64,000 bases of DNA from a bacterium (GTDB taxonomy: Bacteria > Margulisbacteria > Marinamargulisbacteria > GCA-2716485 > JAYNIM01), in contig JAYNIM010000004.1 of the NCBI GenBank assembly GCA_038109055.1, positions 57,079-121,078 on the forward strand, read 5' to 3'. The translations under genes and the position numbers were made by a program. The notes beneath the pieces are model-generated. The model did no database searches. It was not told where the DNA came from and saw only the letters and a list, made by a program, of their open reading frames with translations. Positions within the stretch are counted from its first letter, which is position 1. Every line of letters begins with the position of its first letter. This document shows positions 9,381 to 18,381 of this stretch, piece after piece.

Positions 9381-11393
9381 TTATCGTTCTGCATTATAAA
9401 GTAAATATTTTGATGCCTCATAAATTGCACTTCCTGTTTGTTTATATTGCAAGGCTTGTTGGTTGTTCTGATCTTTTACATCGATGATTTTAACGTCATT
9501 AGCATGTAATTGATATAATTTTGTATTCTCTCCCTTATTATCCATGGATAATAAGAATGTTTCTCCTATCACCTTTATCGTCATTCCTGCTTTTTTCTTA
9601 TCCGCCATTATAACCATATTATCTTTATTTGCGATAACCTTTTTTTTCAATAAATCTCTGCCCATCGTTTTATTTTGATAGCTTATGCCCGCTAAATTGG
9701 CAAGTATCGGGACAATATCTGAAAGGGTTGTAAGGTGTTTTATTTTTTGAACGTTATGGGGCTTTCCTGGCTCATAAAATATTAATGGCACATGATTTTC
9801 ATTTAAATCCAAGTCTATATATCTCTTTGTCATAAAGGCTGTTTTTGGCATTGTTGTCCCATGATCTCCTACGAAACAAAAAATAGTCTCTTTCCCATAC
9901 CCTGCCTCTATTGCCCCTTTCACAAATTGTTCTATTGAAAAATCTAACAAACGTAATGCATTATATTCTTTGCGCGACATAAACCCTGCTTCTTTAAGCT
10001 GATTTTCAGAAATCTCTCTGTCTACCTTAAAGTCTTTTGCATTTTTTGCTATGGTGTAAGGACGATGATTTGACCCTGTTTGAATAAAGGCAAAAAAAGG
10101 TTTGTTAGAGTCTTTTTCTTTAAATAATTTATTAATTTCTTCAAACATATCGTAATCACTCACACCCCAGGTATCCTCTGATTCTGCTTCCCAACTGTTT
10201 TCATCATAAATCTGTATATCTTTGATATTTTGTCTAAGAAACCCTCTAATATTTGCCCAGTCTGTTGACCCCCCACTAAAATAGTATTTTTCGTAGCCAT
10301 CAAATTGATTAATAATTGAATTTTGTTTTGAGGTATAGGGATTTCTGGATGATGATCGTGCGGTGCTTCCTACATCTGGCACACTTGATATCAGTGAAAA
10401 TATGGCCACCCCCGTGTTCCACATAGGGGCATATGTATGTTCAAAATATAAACTATTCTCTGCTAATTGATTCAGAAAAGGCGCTGGATTGTATGTATTT
10501 CCATGTATCTTTAATCGTTTTGCCGGAAATGTTTCTAACATGACAATCATCATATTTTTTGGCTTCTCTGTTTTTGTGTTTTCAACTCTATAATTAAACT
10601 TAATCATCGGACCTTCTTCTTGAATGCCCAAATACGTCTTCAATTCTTTATCGTATAAACTTACTTTTTGTTTATCGTATTCTTTATCTTGATATTTATA
10701 AGTATCGATCATAAATAATACAGGATTCAACGCAACAGCGTTTAAAAAGGCATTTTCACTAAAAAAGGCTTTGTCCCATCGCAATGCGTATTTTCCAAAT
10801 GATTGCCATGCCCCTAAAAGATATAACAACATCATACACGCAAGAACGATTGTTTTTTCTTTAAACAAAAAATGGGTTCTTTCCCATTTTAATGGGGCGT
10901 CTATCCACTTAATTACACGATAACACCCATAGCCTAATACTAAGGCTACTAAACTGATTCTAATGATTGGATAACTTTGAAGGATCATTAGTAAGGATAT
11001 TTTTGTGTCTTTTAATAAATCTAAAACAGCGATATCCATACGATGATTTACATAATCAAAATAGCCAAAATCTCCCGCATATATAAGTATAAGAATGAGG
11101 GTTATAGCCCATAAATATGCTCGTGTTATATAACGTAAAAAGGAAATTCTTGTCACATTCAACCAGGGCAAAAGTGTCAGGGCTAATAAGGGAAGAAAGA
11201 GGGCCACTGCTAAGCGACAATCAAATTGCATTCCTATCTTAAAGGCGTATAAAATATCGTTTATTGCAGCCTCTTTTGAATGTTTTAAAAAGCTCAATAC
11301 AAAGATAGATCTTGCCACTAAAAAGAAGCTAAAATAGCTTATAAAGAAGCGACAAAAAAAAGAAAGCCTTCGCGATTTTAATAGATTGTTCAT
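9381..11393 (-). CDS. LTA synthase-like membrane enzyme, tandem paralog of 7293..9362
   Basis: Same architecture; shared motifs SSRNP, WANIRGF, WGVSDYD, KPFFAFIQT, NHRPYTI, ETIFCFVGDHG. Confidence 0.85.
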   Translation of the reverse strand: MNNLLKSRRLSFFCRFFISYFSFFLVARSIFVLSFLKHSKEAAINDILYAFKIGMQFDCRLAVALFLPLLALTLLPWLNVTRISFLRYITRAYLWAITLILILIYAGDFGYFDYVNHRMDIAVLDLLKDTKISLLMILQSYPIIRISLVALVLGYGCYRVIKWIDAPLKWERTHFLFKEKTIVLACMMLLYLLGAWQSFGKYALRWDKAFFSENAFLNAVALNPVLFMIDTYKYQDKEYDKQKVSLYDKELKTYLGIQEEGPMIKFNYRVENTKTEKPKNMMIVMLETFPAKRLKIHGNTYNPAPFLNQLAENSLYFEHTYAPMWNTGVAIFSLISSVPDVGSTARSSSRNPYTSKQNSIINQFDGYEKYYFSGGSTDWANIRGFLRQNIKDIQIYDENSWEAESEDTWGVSDYDMFEEINKLFKEKDSNKPFFAFIQTGSNHRPYTIAKNAKDFKVDREISENQLKEAGFMSRKEYNALRLLDFSIEQFVKGAIEAGYGKETIFCFVGDHGTTMPKTAFMTKRYIDLDLNENHVPLIFYEPGKPHNVQKIKHLTTLSDIVPILANLAGISYQNKTMGRDLLKKKVIANKDNMVIMADKKKAGMTIKVIGETFLLSMDNKGENTKLYQLHANDVKIIDVKDQNNQQALQYKQTGSAIYEASKYLLYNAER

Positions 11394-11436
11394 TTTATGT
11401 TTCTTTAAAGAAAGAGTAGCTCATTTATGAGATATT

Positions 11437-12060
11437 TTATAGGGTTTCTTCCCAATATTTTTTCACGTTTTTCATATCCTGCCAGGTTAGCCACTTGGGT
11501 TTCCCTGTTTCTTTGGAGGCATTACGTAATAGATAAGAAGGATGAAAAATGGTCATGATTTTTAAGGGAGTCGTCATGTAAGGCACCTTTGTTTCTATCC
11601 ATTTTCCTCGCAGACGACTGATCGCTTCTGATGTTTGTAAAATGCTGCGCATGGCTGGGGCGCCGCAAAGCAATAAAATTCTGGGTTGAATACATTGAAT
11701 TTGTCGGATCAAGTATCCTTGGCAGGCGTCGATTTCTGCAGGTTTTGGCGTGCGATTTTGGGGCGGTCGGCATTTGACTGTATTGGCAATGTAAACATCT
11801 CTTTCACGATCGATGCCCACTGATTCAAAAATTTTACTTAAGAGCTTCCCCGAACGACCTACAAAGGGTTTGCCTTGTTCGTCTTCTTGTTGTCCTGGCC
11901 CCTCCCCAATGAGCATGATCCCTGCGTTGGCTGGACCATGGCCAAAGACCACATGTTGACGCTGCTCTGCTAATGGACAGGCCTGACAGCTTTGTGCTTT
12001 TTGGTAGATAGCTTCATAACTTTCTTGATGGAACTTGGTTTTTTGACAGAGGTTAATCAT
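11437..12060 (-). CDS. udg: Family 4 uracil-DNA glycosylase (4Fe-4S type)
   Basis: CxxC, IGEGPG, PFVGRSG, NTVKCRPP, FHPSYLLRN. Confidence 0.93.
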   Translation of the reverse strand: MINLCQKTKFHQESYEAIYQKAQSCQACPLAEQRQHVVFGHGPANAGIMLIGEGPGQQEDEQGKPFVGRSGKLLSKIFESVGIDRERDVYIANTVKCRPPQNRTPKPAEIDACQGYLIRQIQCIQPRILLLCGAPAMRSILQTSEAISRLRGKWIETKVPYMTTPLKIMTIFHPSYLLRNASKETGKPKWLTWQDMKNVKKYWEETL

Positions 12061-12100
12061 GCCCGTCTATTTTAACGGATATTAGAGGGTGTTTGTATCC

Positions 12101-12508
12101 CTATTTTTCCCCGCCCATATACTGCTGTAAAATTAATACCGCTGCGTGTGCGTCTAACTTTCCCCGTTGTTTTTTTTGGCTAAGCCCTGCTTGACTAAGC
12201 TTACGGCTCGCGTGATGACTGCTGTTTTCTTCGTTGACCAAGATCACCTCGCAGGGCCACGTTTGTTGACACTCTTTGGCAAACGCTTTAATCGCTTTAT
12301 TGATACCTGGGTCTTGATGGTTTCTGGGTTGTGGCAATCCGATCACCACGCTTTGTGGATGATGTTCATTCATCAGTGCGTCTAAGTGTTTAGCCAGCGT
12401 ATCATCATTGTCTAATACGGTTAATGGTAGCACCATGTGTTCATCTAGATACCCAATGGCTACCCCTACCCGTTTATCCCCATAATCAATCCCTAAGAGA
12501 CTGGCCAT
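12101..12508 (-). CDS. ruvX: YqgF/RuvX family nuclease (pre-16S rRNA processing)
   Basis: LGIDYGDKRVGVA, VIGLP, VNEENSS, DAHAAVLILQ; directly downstream of alaS, a common arrangement. Confidence 0.9.
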   Translation of the reverse strand: MASLLGIDYGDKRVGVAIGYLDEHMVLPLTVLDNDDTLAKHLDALMNEHHPQSVVIGLPQPRNHQDPGINKAIKAFAKECQQTWPCEVILVNEENSSHHASRKLSQAGLSQKKQRGKLDAHAAVLILQQYMGGEK

Positions 12509-14915
12509 TTGTCTGTTCCGGACTGGTTTTGAGTAAGCTATCCTGCACCGAGCGCAGTGCCCACTCGCATTTTTCTAGATTGGCGCCCCCGCCTTGTGCG
12601 CTTTCAGCGCGCCCTCCTCCCTTTCCCCCACTAATATGTGTCATCTGTCTGAGTATATTTCCGGCGTCATAGCCCAAGGCTACTGCTGATTTTGCTACTT
12701 TTACAAACATGCTTCCTTTTGCGCCGACTAATAGCACGATAGCCGCTGGTTTTTGTTGGGCTAATTCATCTGCTAGGGCTTTTAATTGTGGGACTTGCAA
12801 CTCTGTTAAACGTGCTTGGCAGACCTGAATATTGTCGTTTGTTTTGAAGGTTTTTGTTAACGTTGATAGGGCCGCTAGGGCATTTTTCTGGGCTGTTTTT
12901 CGTTGTTGTTTCTCCTGTTCTTTTTGTTCGTGAATGAGGGTTTCTTTGATATCTAATAAGTGTTCTATGCTGGCCTTTTCATCGATGATAGTCGTGTATT
13001 GTGGATTCTGTTTTTGTAACTGTTGCTGTTTTTGTTTGAGTTCTGCCAAGATACTCTGGCGCTGTTTTTCAGCATAGTCATCAAGGTTTTCTTGTCCTGC
13101 AATGGCCTCTATACGGCGAACCCCTGCGGCAATCCCTGTTTCGGACAAAAGTTTTATACATTGAATATCCTGGGTATTTGCCACATGATGCCCCACACAA
13201 AGTTCCATAGATGCTTTGCCCATTTGGACTACCCTGACCACATCGCCATATTTTTCACCAAATAAGGCCATGGCGCCCATATCTTTGGCTTCTTGATAGG
13301 GTTTTTCATCAATAGTGACAGGTATTTTTTGTCCTATCCACTGATCCACTTGGGCTTGGACTTGGGCAAATTCTTGCTGGGTTAAGGCTTTAGGGTGGGT
13401 AAAATCAAAACGTAAATGATCCACATCTACCAAGGACCCTGCCTGGTTCACATGATCCCCCAAGCACTGTTGTAATGCAGCTTGCAGTAAATGTGTCGCA
13501 CTGTGATGACGACTCATCTTTAAAATCTCTTCTTCTGAGTGTACAAAACGGGCTTCGCCCCCTTTGGGCTTGGCGCCTTCTTGACCTTGATTGCTTGTAC
13601 CTTGTGCCGCTCTAGACCGTTGTTTTTGCTGAGTTAACGCCGCTTCAAAACCGGTCTGGTCTACACTTAAGTGCTGTTCTTGGGCTAAAACTTGGGTAAG
13701 ATCTAAAGGAAACCCATAGGTATCATACAGTTTAAAGGCTTCTTGGCCTGAAATCTGCTTGGCGTTATTTGACTGTGCGTGTTTCACCGCTGTTTCAAAG
13801 TGTTGTAAGCCCTTATCAAGGGTCTTTAAAAACTGGCTTTCTTCGGACTCTATGACTGATTGTATAAATTCTTGACGCTGACCCAATTGCTCAAAATGTT
13901 GCCCAATACTCGCAACCACTTGGGGCACTAGCTGATAAATAAAGGGCTTGCTTTGACCCAATTGACGGGCAAAACGACTGGCTCGACGCAATAGTCGCCG
14001 CAATACATAGCCCCTGCCCTCGTTGCTGGGCATGACATTATCGGCTATGGCCATACTTAAGGTGCGAACATGATCCGCTATTACACGATGAGGCATTCCC
14101 CTCTCATCGCTGTGATACGCATGGCCACTGTTTTTGCTAATTTGAGTAATAATGGGGGCTAATACATCTGTGTCATATACAGAGGCTTTATTTTGCATGA
14201 CAGTTAAGAGTCTCTCGAAACCGGCCCCCGTATCGACATGCTTGTTTTTTAAGGGAATCAAGGCCCCATCACTTTGTCGCTGGGACTGAATAAAGACCAA
14301 ATTCCATATTTCAACCACGCGACCGCTACTGCCATTTACCCCCTCTACCTTATCATTGGGATTTTCTAAGGGACCTTGCTGCATATCAAAATGAATTTCT
14401 GAACACGGACCACAAGGCCCCGTCTCGCCCATTTCCCAAAAATTATCCTTATCGCCACATTTTACAATATTGGTCGGAGAAATATCGGTATGTTTTTTCC
14501 AAATCTCCAGCGCTTCGGTGTCGTTGTGATGTACCGAGGCATAGAGATGGGCTTTGGGTAAGTGAAGAATGGTACTTAGAAACTCCCAGGCCCAAACAAT
14601 GGCTTCTTTTTTGTAATAATCCCCAAAGGACCAATTCCCCAGCATTTCAAAGCTGGTTAAATGAGTACTATCTTTGCCCACATCTTCCAAGTCGTTATGT
14701 TTGCCAGATACACGCACACACATTTGCGAGTTTACCGCTCTGGTATAGGGTCGGGTGCCCTGACTTAAAAACACGTCTTTGAATTGATTCATTCCTGCAT
14801 TTACAAACAACAGTGTAGGGTCCTCCGGAAGCACCAAAGGAGAGGCCTTGACGATATCGTGGTTTTTCTTCTTAAAAAACCCTAAAAATGCCTGCCGTAG
14901 TTCCTGTTGTTTCAT
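12486..14915 (-). CDS. alaS: Alanine--tRNA ligase
   Basis: DPTLLFVNAGMNQFK, FEMLGNWSFGDY, GPCGPCSEI, DTGAGFER, GRGYVLRR, LYDTYGFP, HSATHLL, C-terminal GGKGGG. Confidence 0.98.
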   Translation of the reverse strand: MKQQELRQAFLGFFKKKNHDIVKASPLVLPEDPTLLFVNAGMNQFKDVFLSQGTRPYTRAVNSQMCVRVSGKHNDLEDVGKDSTHLTSFEMLGNWSFGDYYKKEAIVWAWEFLSTILHLPKAHLYASVHHNDTEALEIWKKHTDISPTNIVKCGDKDNFWEMGETGPCGPCSEIHFDMQQGPLENPNDKVEGVNGSSGRVVEIWNLVFIQSQRQSDGALIPLKNKHVDTGAGFERLLTVMQNKASVYDTDVLAPIITQISKNSGHAYHSDERGMPHRVIADHVRTLSMAIADNVMPSNEGRGYVLRRLLRRASRFARQLGQSKPFIYQLVPQVVASIGQHFEQLGQRQEFIQSVIESEESQFLKTLDKGLQHFETAVKHAQSNNAKQISGQEAFKLYDTYGFPLDLTQVLAQEQHLSVDQTGFEAALTQQKQRSRAAQGTSNQGQEGAKPKGGEARFVHSEEEILKMSRHHSATHLLQAALQQCLGDHVNQAGSLVDVDHLRFDFTHPKALTQQEFAQVQAQVDQWIGQKIPVTIDEKPYQEAKDMGAMALFGEKYGDVVRVVQMGKASMELCVGHHVANTQDIQCIKLLSETGIAAGVRRIEAIAGQENLDDYAEKQRQSILAELKQKQQQLQKQNPQYTTIIDEKASIEHLLDIKETLIHEQKEQEKQQRKTAQKNALAALSTLTKTFKTNDNIQVCQARLTELQVPQLKALADELAQQKPAAIVLLVGAKGSMFVKVAKSAVALGYDAGNILRQMTHISGGKGGGRAESAQGGGANLEKCEWALRSVQDSLLKTSPEQTNGQSLRD

Positions 14916-15000
14916 GCAGGTTATTATGCGTGTCTAGCCAAGGCTTGGCAAGTGTCTAGCCGCTTGTCTGTTTCATCACTAGGATCTTTTTACTCGATCT

Positions 15001-15924
15001 CTAAAATGTAAGACCTATTTTTCCACAAAGCCCAACCCCTGAGAGTGCATTTTTTCCTTTAAAATATTGCGAATCAAAATCAAATTTAACATTTTGGTAG
15101 CTAAGAATATACTCTATAAATACCTTTCTATAGTTCATTTGCCAACCATACTCTAGATAAAACCCTGGTTTTGTCTGGCGTTGTGCATAAAGGACTTTTT
15201 GTTCGATCAGAGGACCTTCGCTAAATAAACTATTTTTCTTTTCTTGAATTAATTCCATTTTTGCCGAAGCCACTGTTATTCCTGCCCCTAAGAATATGGT
15301 CATTGAACTATGTTGTTCTTCCTGCTTTTTATGATAAGAGGCCATATCTAGTAATTCTACGCGGCCTCCAAGACTTACCATACGCCAATCCCTTAATCCT
15401 TGTTTGGCAGTTGCGCCTTCCTCTAATGAGAAATAAGCCGTATTCCACTCACCTTCTGTTTCGCCTTTTGTTAGGATTAGAATTGTATTTGCAACTAAGG
15501 CTGCCGAGAAACCTACAAGAGCTGAACTTTTTTTATATGCCATCGTTAGTTGCCACGGTTTTTCTTTTTTCGAGATACTGGCTGCTAGTCCAAATTCACC
15601 CGCCCATTTTTTATTTCCTGCATTGATTATATGTTTTCCAAATGACATTGTTGTCCCTATCTTATAACGCCATTTCTCTTGCGTCTCTGTGTTGACTGTT
15701 GGAACTCTATTCTTTAATTCTGGGGTTAATAATGACATTATTGGCTCTATCTTATAACGCCATTTTTCTTGCATATCTGTGTTGACTGTTGGAACTCTAT
15801 CCCATAATTCTGGGGTTAATTCTGGGGTTAATGCTGTGTTTAATCGCTGTTCGCTTGGTGCTGCATACACATTCATTGCTAATATTAGGACAACTATAAT
15901 ACTGTAATATCCTTTATTTTTCAT
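15001..15924 (-). CDS. Secreted protein, probable outer-membrane beta-barrel with an N-terminal 30-aa duplication
   Basis: Signal peptide (MKNKGYYSIIVVLILAMNVYA), amphipathic beta-strand-like segments, terminal Phe (GKIGLTF). Confidence 0.6.
   Translation of the reverse strand: MKNKGYYSIIVVLILAMNVYAAPSEQRLNTALTPELTPELWDRVPTVNTDMQEKWRYKIEPIMSLLTPELKNRVPTVNTETQEKWRYKIGTTMSFGKHIINAGNKKWAGEFGLAASISKKEKPWQLTMAYKKSSALVGFSAALVANTILILTKGETEGEWNTAYFSLEEGATAKQGLRDWRMVSLGGRVELLDMASYHKKQEEQHSSMTIFLGAGITVASAKMELIQEKKNSLFSEGPLIEQKVLYAQRQTKPGFYLEYGWQMNYRKVFIEYILSYQNVKFDFDSQYFKGKNALSGVGLCGKIGLTF
15657..15832 (-). repeat. 90-bp intragenic tandem duplication
   Basis: ctatcttataacgccatt...gttgactgttggaactctat...aattctggggttaat at 15657 and 15747 (TPELWDRVPTVNTDMQEKWRYKI / TPELKNRVPTVNTETQEKWRYKI). 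Confidence 0.9.
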
Positions 15925-15944
15925 GTTTCTTATCTATTCTTAAT

Positions 15945-15996
15945 TATTTTTACCCGCTATTTTTACCCGCTATTTTTAGCCGGTATTTTTAGCCGG
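15945..15996. repeat. 4 x 13-bp tandem repeat in a divergent promoter region
   Basis: TATTTTTACCCGC x2 followed by TATTTTTAGCCGG x2. Confidence 0.9.
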
Positions 15997-16019
15997 TAGT
16001 ATGTTATCATTTTTGGGAT

Positions 16020-16436
16020 ATGTCTAGCCATACACCCTGTTTCTGTCATCAGCCCCTGCCTTATGAGGACTGCTGCCAGCCCTACCATCTTGGCCATAGT
16101 TCGCCCCCCACTACCCTGCAACTCTTGCGTAGTCGCTACTCGGCCTATGCGCTGCGCCTGGCTGATTATATCGAAGCGACCATGGTCTTGCCTGCTTTGG
16201 CACACTTTCATCGCAAGGATATTGAAGAGGCAGCAACAGAGTGGCTGGGGCTTAAGGTCTTAGACGTCTCTGGGGGTCAGGCCTTGGATACTGATGGGAC
16301 GATTGTATTTGAAGCTACGTTTAGGCAATCTCCTGATCATCCCTTGCAAGCCTTTCGTGAAACCTCTTCCTTTCGTCGCCGTGATGGCAGCTGGGTCTAC
16401 GCTGAAAGCCTGTGCTTGGAGAGGATTGATCTTTAA
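16020..16436 (+). CDS. ychJ: YchJ family protein (N-terminal Cys cluster, NTF2-like)
   Basis: CFC....YEDCCQPYH, LLRSRYSAY, WLGLKV, ETSSFRR..W.Y. Confidence 0.85.
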   Translation: MSSHTPCFCHQPLPYEDCCQPYHLGHSSPPTTLQLLRSRYSAYALRLADYIEATMVLPALAHFHRKDIEEAATEWLGLKVLDVSGGQALDTDGTIVFEATFRQSPDHPLQAFRETSSFRRRDGSWVYAESLCLERIDL

Positions 16437-16462
16437 GTCATTCTTGTTCTATCCTTAACAAA

Positions 16463-17602
16463 ATGCAGCCGCTACCCCTCTTAGAAATCTCGGACCTTAA
16501 CCAGCTGATCCAACATTATCTTGAAGGGGATGGTATTTTTGACAATCTGTCATTAACTGGCGAGCTGACGCAAGTACGCCCCTATCATTTGGGCAAACAG
16601 GTGTATTGCTATTTGAGTGATGGCAGGGCCAGTATCAATGCTGTTTTGTATGCTAGCACCTTAAAGCGCCTAGATTTTGAACTCAAAGAAGGGCTTACTG
16701 TTTTTGTCAAAGCTAAACTTTGTTTCTACCCCAAACGGGGGTCACTGATGTTGCAAATCAACTACATGAGTTTGTCTGGTGAGGGATTAATGAAACAACA
16801 ATTGGCCGAATTAAAGGCCAAACTTGCTAAAGAAGGTCTGTTTGATGCTCAGCGAAAACAAGCACTTCCCTTATATCCCCGTCGTCTTGCTATTATTACC
16901 GCCTATGACTCAGCCGCCATGTGGGATGTTGTTAAACGTGTTTCTTTGTTAGCTCCTCTCATAAAAATGACGGTAATCCCTGCGACCATGCAAGGCCAAC
17001 AATGCCCTGCTTCTGTTCAGAAAGCGCTTGATCGGGCCGAAACTGAGGGGCCTTTTGATCTGGTCTTACTTACACGTGGGGGCGGTTCGGTTCAGGATTT
17101 GGCCGCCTTTAATGATGAATCATTGATTCGTCGCATTGCCGCCTGTCGCCTGCCCTGTGTCTCCGCCATTGGTCATGATATTGATAGCAGCTTGTGTGAT
17201 GCCGTGTCTGATGTCTTTTGCCCCACTCCTACGGCTGCAGCCGACATGCTTTGTGCAGGATTCATTCAAATTAAGCAACGCATTCAACACGAATTATTAC
17301 CCATTGGGCCTTTTTTATTGTCGCAACTTGCCCAAAAAAAACACGCGATCTCTCAACAACTTAGCGTTGCTACACAGCAGCTCTCTTTTCAGCAAGAAAG
17401 GTATAAAAATGCCCTACAGTCCCTTGTACAACGCCTTGAGCAAGCGAATCCTTTGCATAAACTTAAGCAGGGCTTTAGTGTGTGTCAGGATGCAACAAGC
17501 ACGCATATTATCAGCTCTATTCATCAGGTCACTGCCGGCCAGGCTCTGCGCCTACGTGTATCTGATGGTCAAATCCCTCTTAAGGTTGCGGATAACTTTT
17601 AG
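16463..17602 (+). CDS. xseA: Exodeoxyribonuclease VII large subunit
   Basis: OB-fold N-terminus, KLAKEGLFD, RGGGSVQDL, SAIGHDID, PTPTAAA. Confidence 0.95.
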   Translation: MQPLPLLEISDLNQLIQHYLEGDGIFDNLSLTGELTQVRPYHLGKQVYCYLSDGRASINAVLYASTLKRLDFELKEGLTVFVKAKLCFYPKRGSLMLQINYMSLSGEGLMKQQLAELKAKLAKEGLFDAQRKQALPLYPRRLAIITAYDSAAMWDVVKRVSLLAPLIKMTVIPATMQGQQCPASVQKALDRAETEGPFDLVLLTRGGGSVQDLAAFNDESLIRRIAACRLPCVSAIGHDIDSSLCDAVSDVFCPTPTAAADMLCAGFIQIKQRIQHELLPIGPFLLSQLAQKKHAISQQLSVATQQLSFQQERYKNALQSLVQRLEQANPLHKLKQGFSVCQDATSTHIISSIHQVTAGQALRLRVSDGQIPLKVADNF

Positions 17603-17640
17603 GCTTAGCTTACGCTTGGCTAACGGTCTTCACCCTCTCT

Positions 17641-18381
17641 TTAGGCCTTGATTTCTTTTCTTGTTAGCTCGGCCTGTTTAAAGTGTTCACATACCTGTTC
17701 TGCTATCGCCTCCATCGGGTCGATGAGTCTTAAGTGATCATGGTTGTCAGGCCGATTTTTTTGTTGAAAAATTAAGGGAAGTTCTGTACATCCCAATATA
17801 AAATTAGGCCCATTTGTTTGGGCAAGACGCTCTAAAATAAGCTGTAGTTTAGTTGCAAAGTCTTCTGCAGGCTGCCCCCCTTTTATTTTTTTAATGGCAT
17901 TGCTGACTTGAAACTGGTCATCACTATCTGGCACATGCAGCGTGATCCCCTTTTTCTCTGCTCCCTCATGATACAAGCGAGTTTGTATGGTTCCGATCGT
18001 ACTTAAGAGTGTGGCTGATTTAATATTCTGATTCACTAAATGTTCGATACAACCGTCGATTAAATGGAAAAACGGCAAGGTAATCTCGTCTCGTAGTTGA
18101 TTTAAGAAATAATGGACAGTGTTGCAAGGCACGGCCAAACAGCTAATATTGGCCTTGTAGAGGGTCGCCAATGCACATCGTAATTCTACTAAAAATTCAT
18201 CGTTTTTACCTGCATTAATCATCTCAACCCGATCCGGCAAAAACGTAGCTTGGTAATTTAGTGTAGGAATATGGTCTTGGTCACATTTAGCGGCTGTTTT
18301 TTTTAAAATTAACTGATAAAAATACACTGCAGCTTCAGGCCCCATCCCGCCCAAAATCCCCAGTAAAGGTCTGGTTGTCAT
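17641..18381 (-). CDS. Aspartate/glutamate racemase family protein
   Basis: GILGGMGPEA, DQDHI, two catalytic Cys motifs PCNTVH and LGCTELP. Confidence 0.9.
   Translation of the reverse strand: MTTRPLLGILGGMGPEAAVYFYQLILKKTAAKCDQDHIPTLNYQATFLPDRVEMINAGKNDEFLVELRCALATLYKANISCLAVPCNTVHYFLNQLRDEITLPFFHLIDGCIEHLVNQNIKSATLLSTIGTIQTRLYHEGAEKKGITLHVPDSDDQFQVSNAIKKIKGGQPAEDFATKLQLILERLAQTNGPNFILGCTELPLIFQQKNRPDNHDHLRLIDPMEAIAEQVCEHFKQAELTRKEIKA

Noticed and set aside
15945..15996. 13-mer repeats considered as a replication origin (DUE or iterons)
   Set aside because: No DnaA-box cluster or dnaA/rep gene nearby and the gap is only 95 bp.
17136..17651. 171-aa alternative-frame ORF
   Set aside because: Overlaps xseA in another frame; no recognisable motif.
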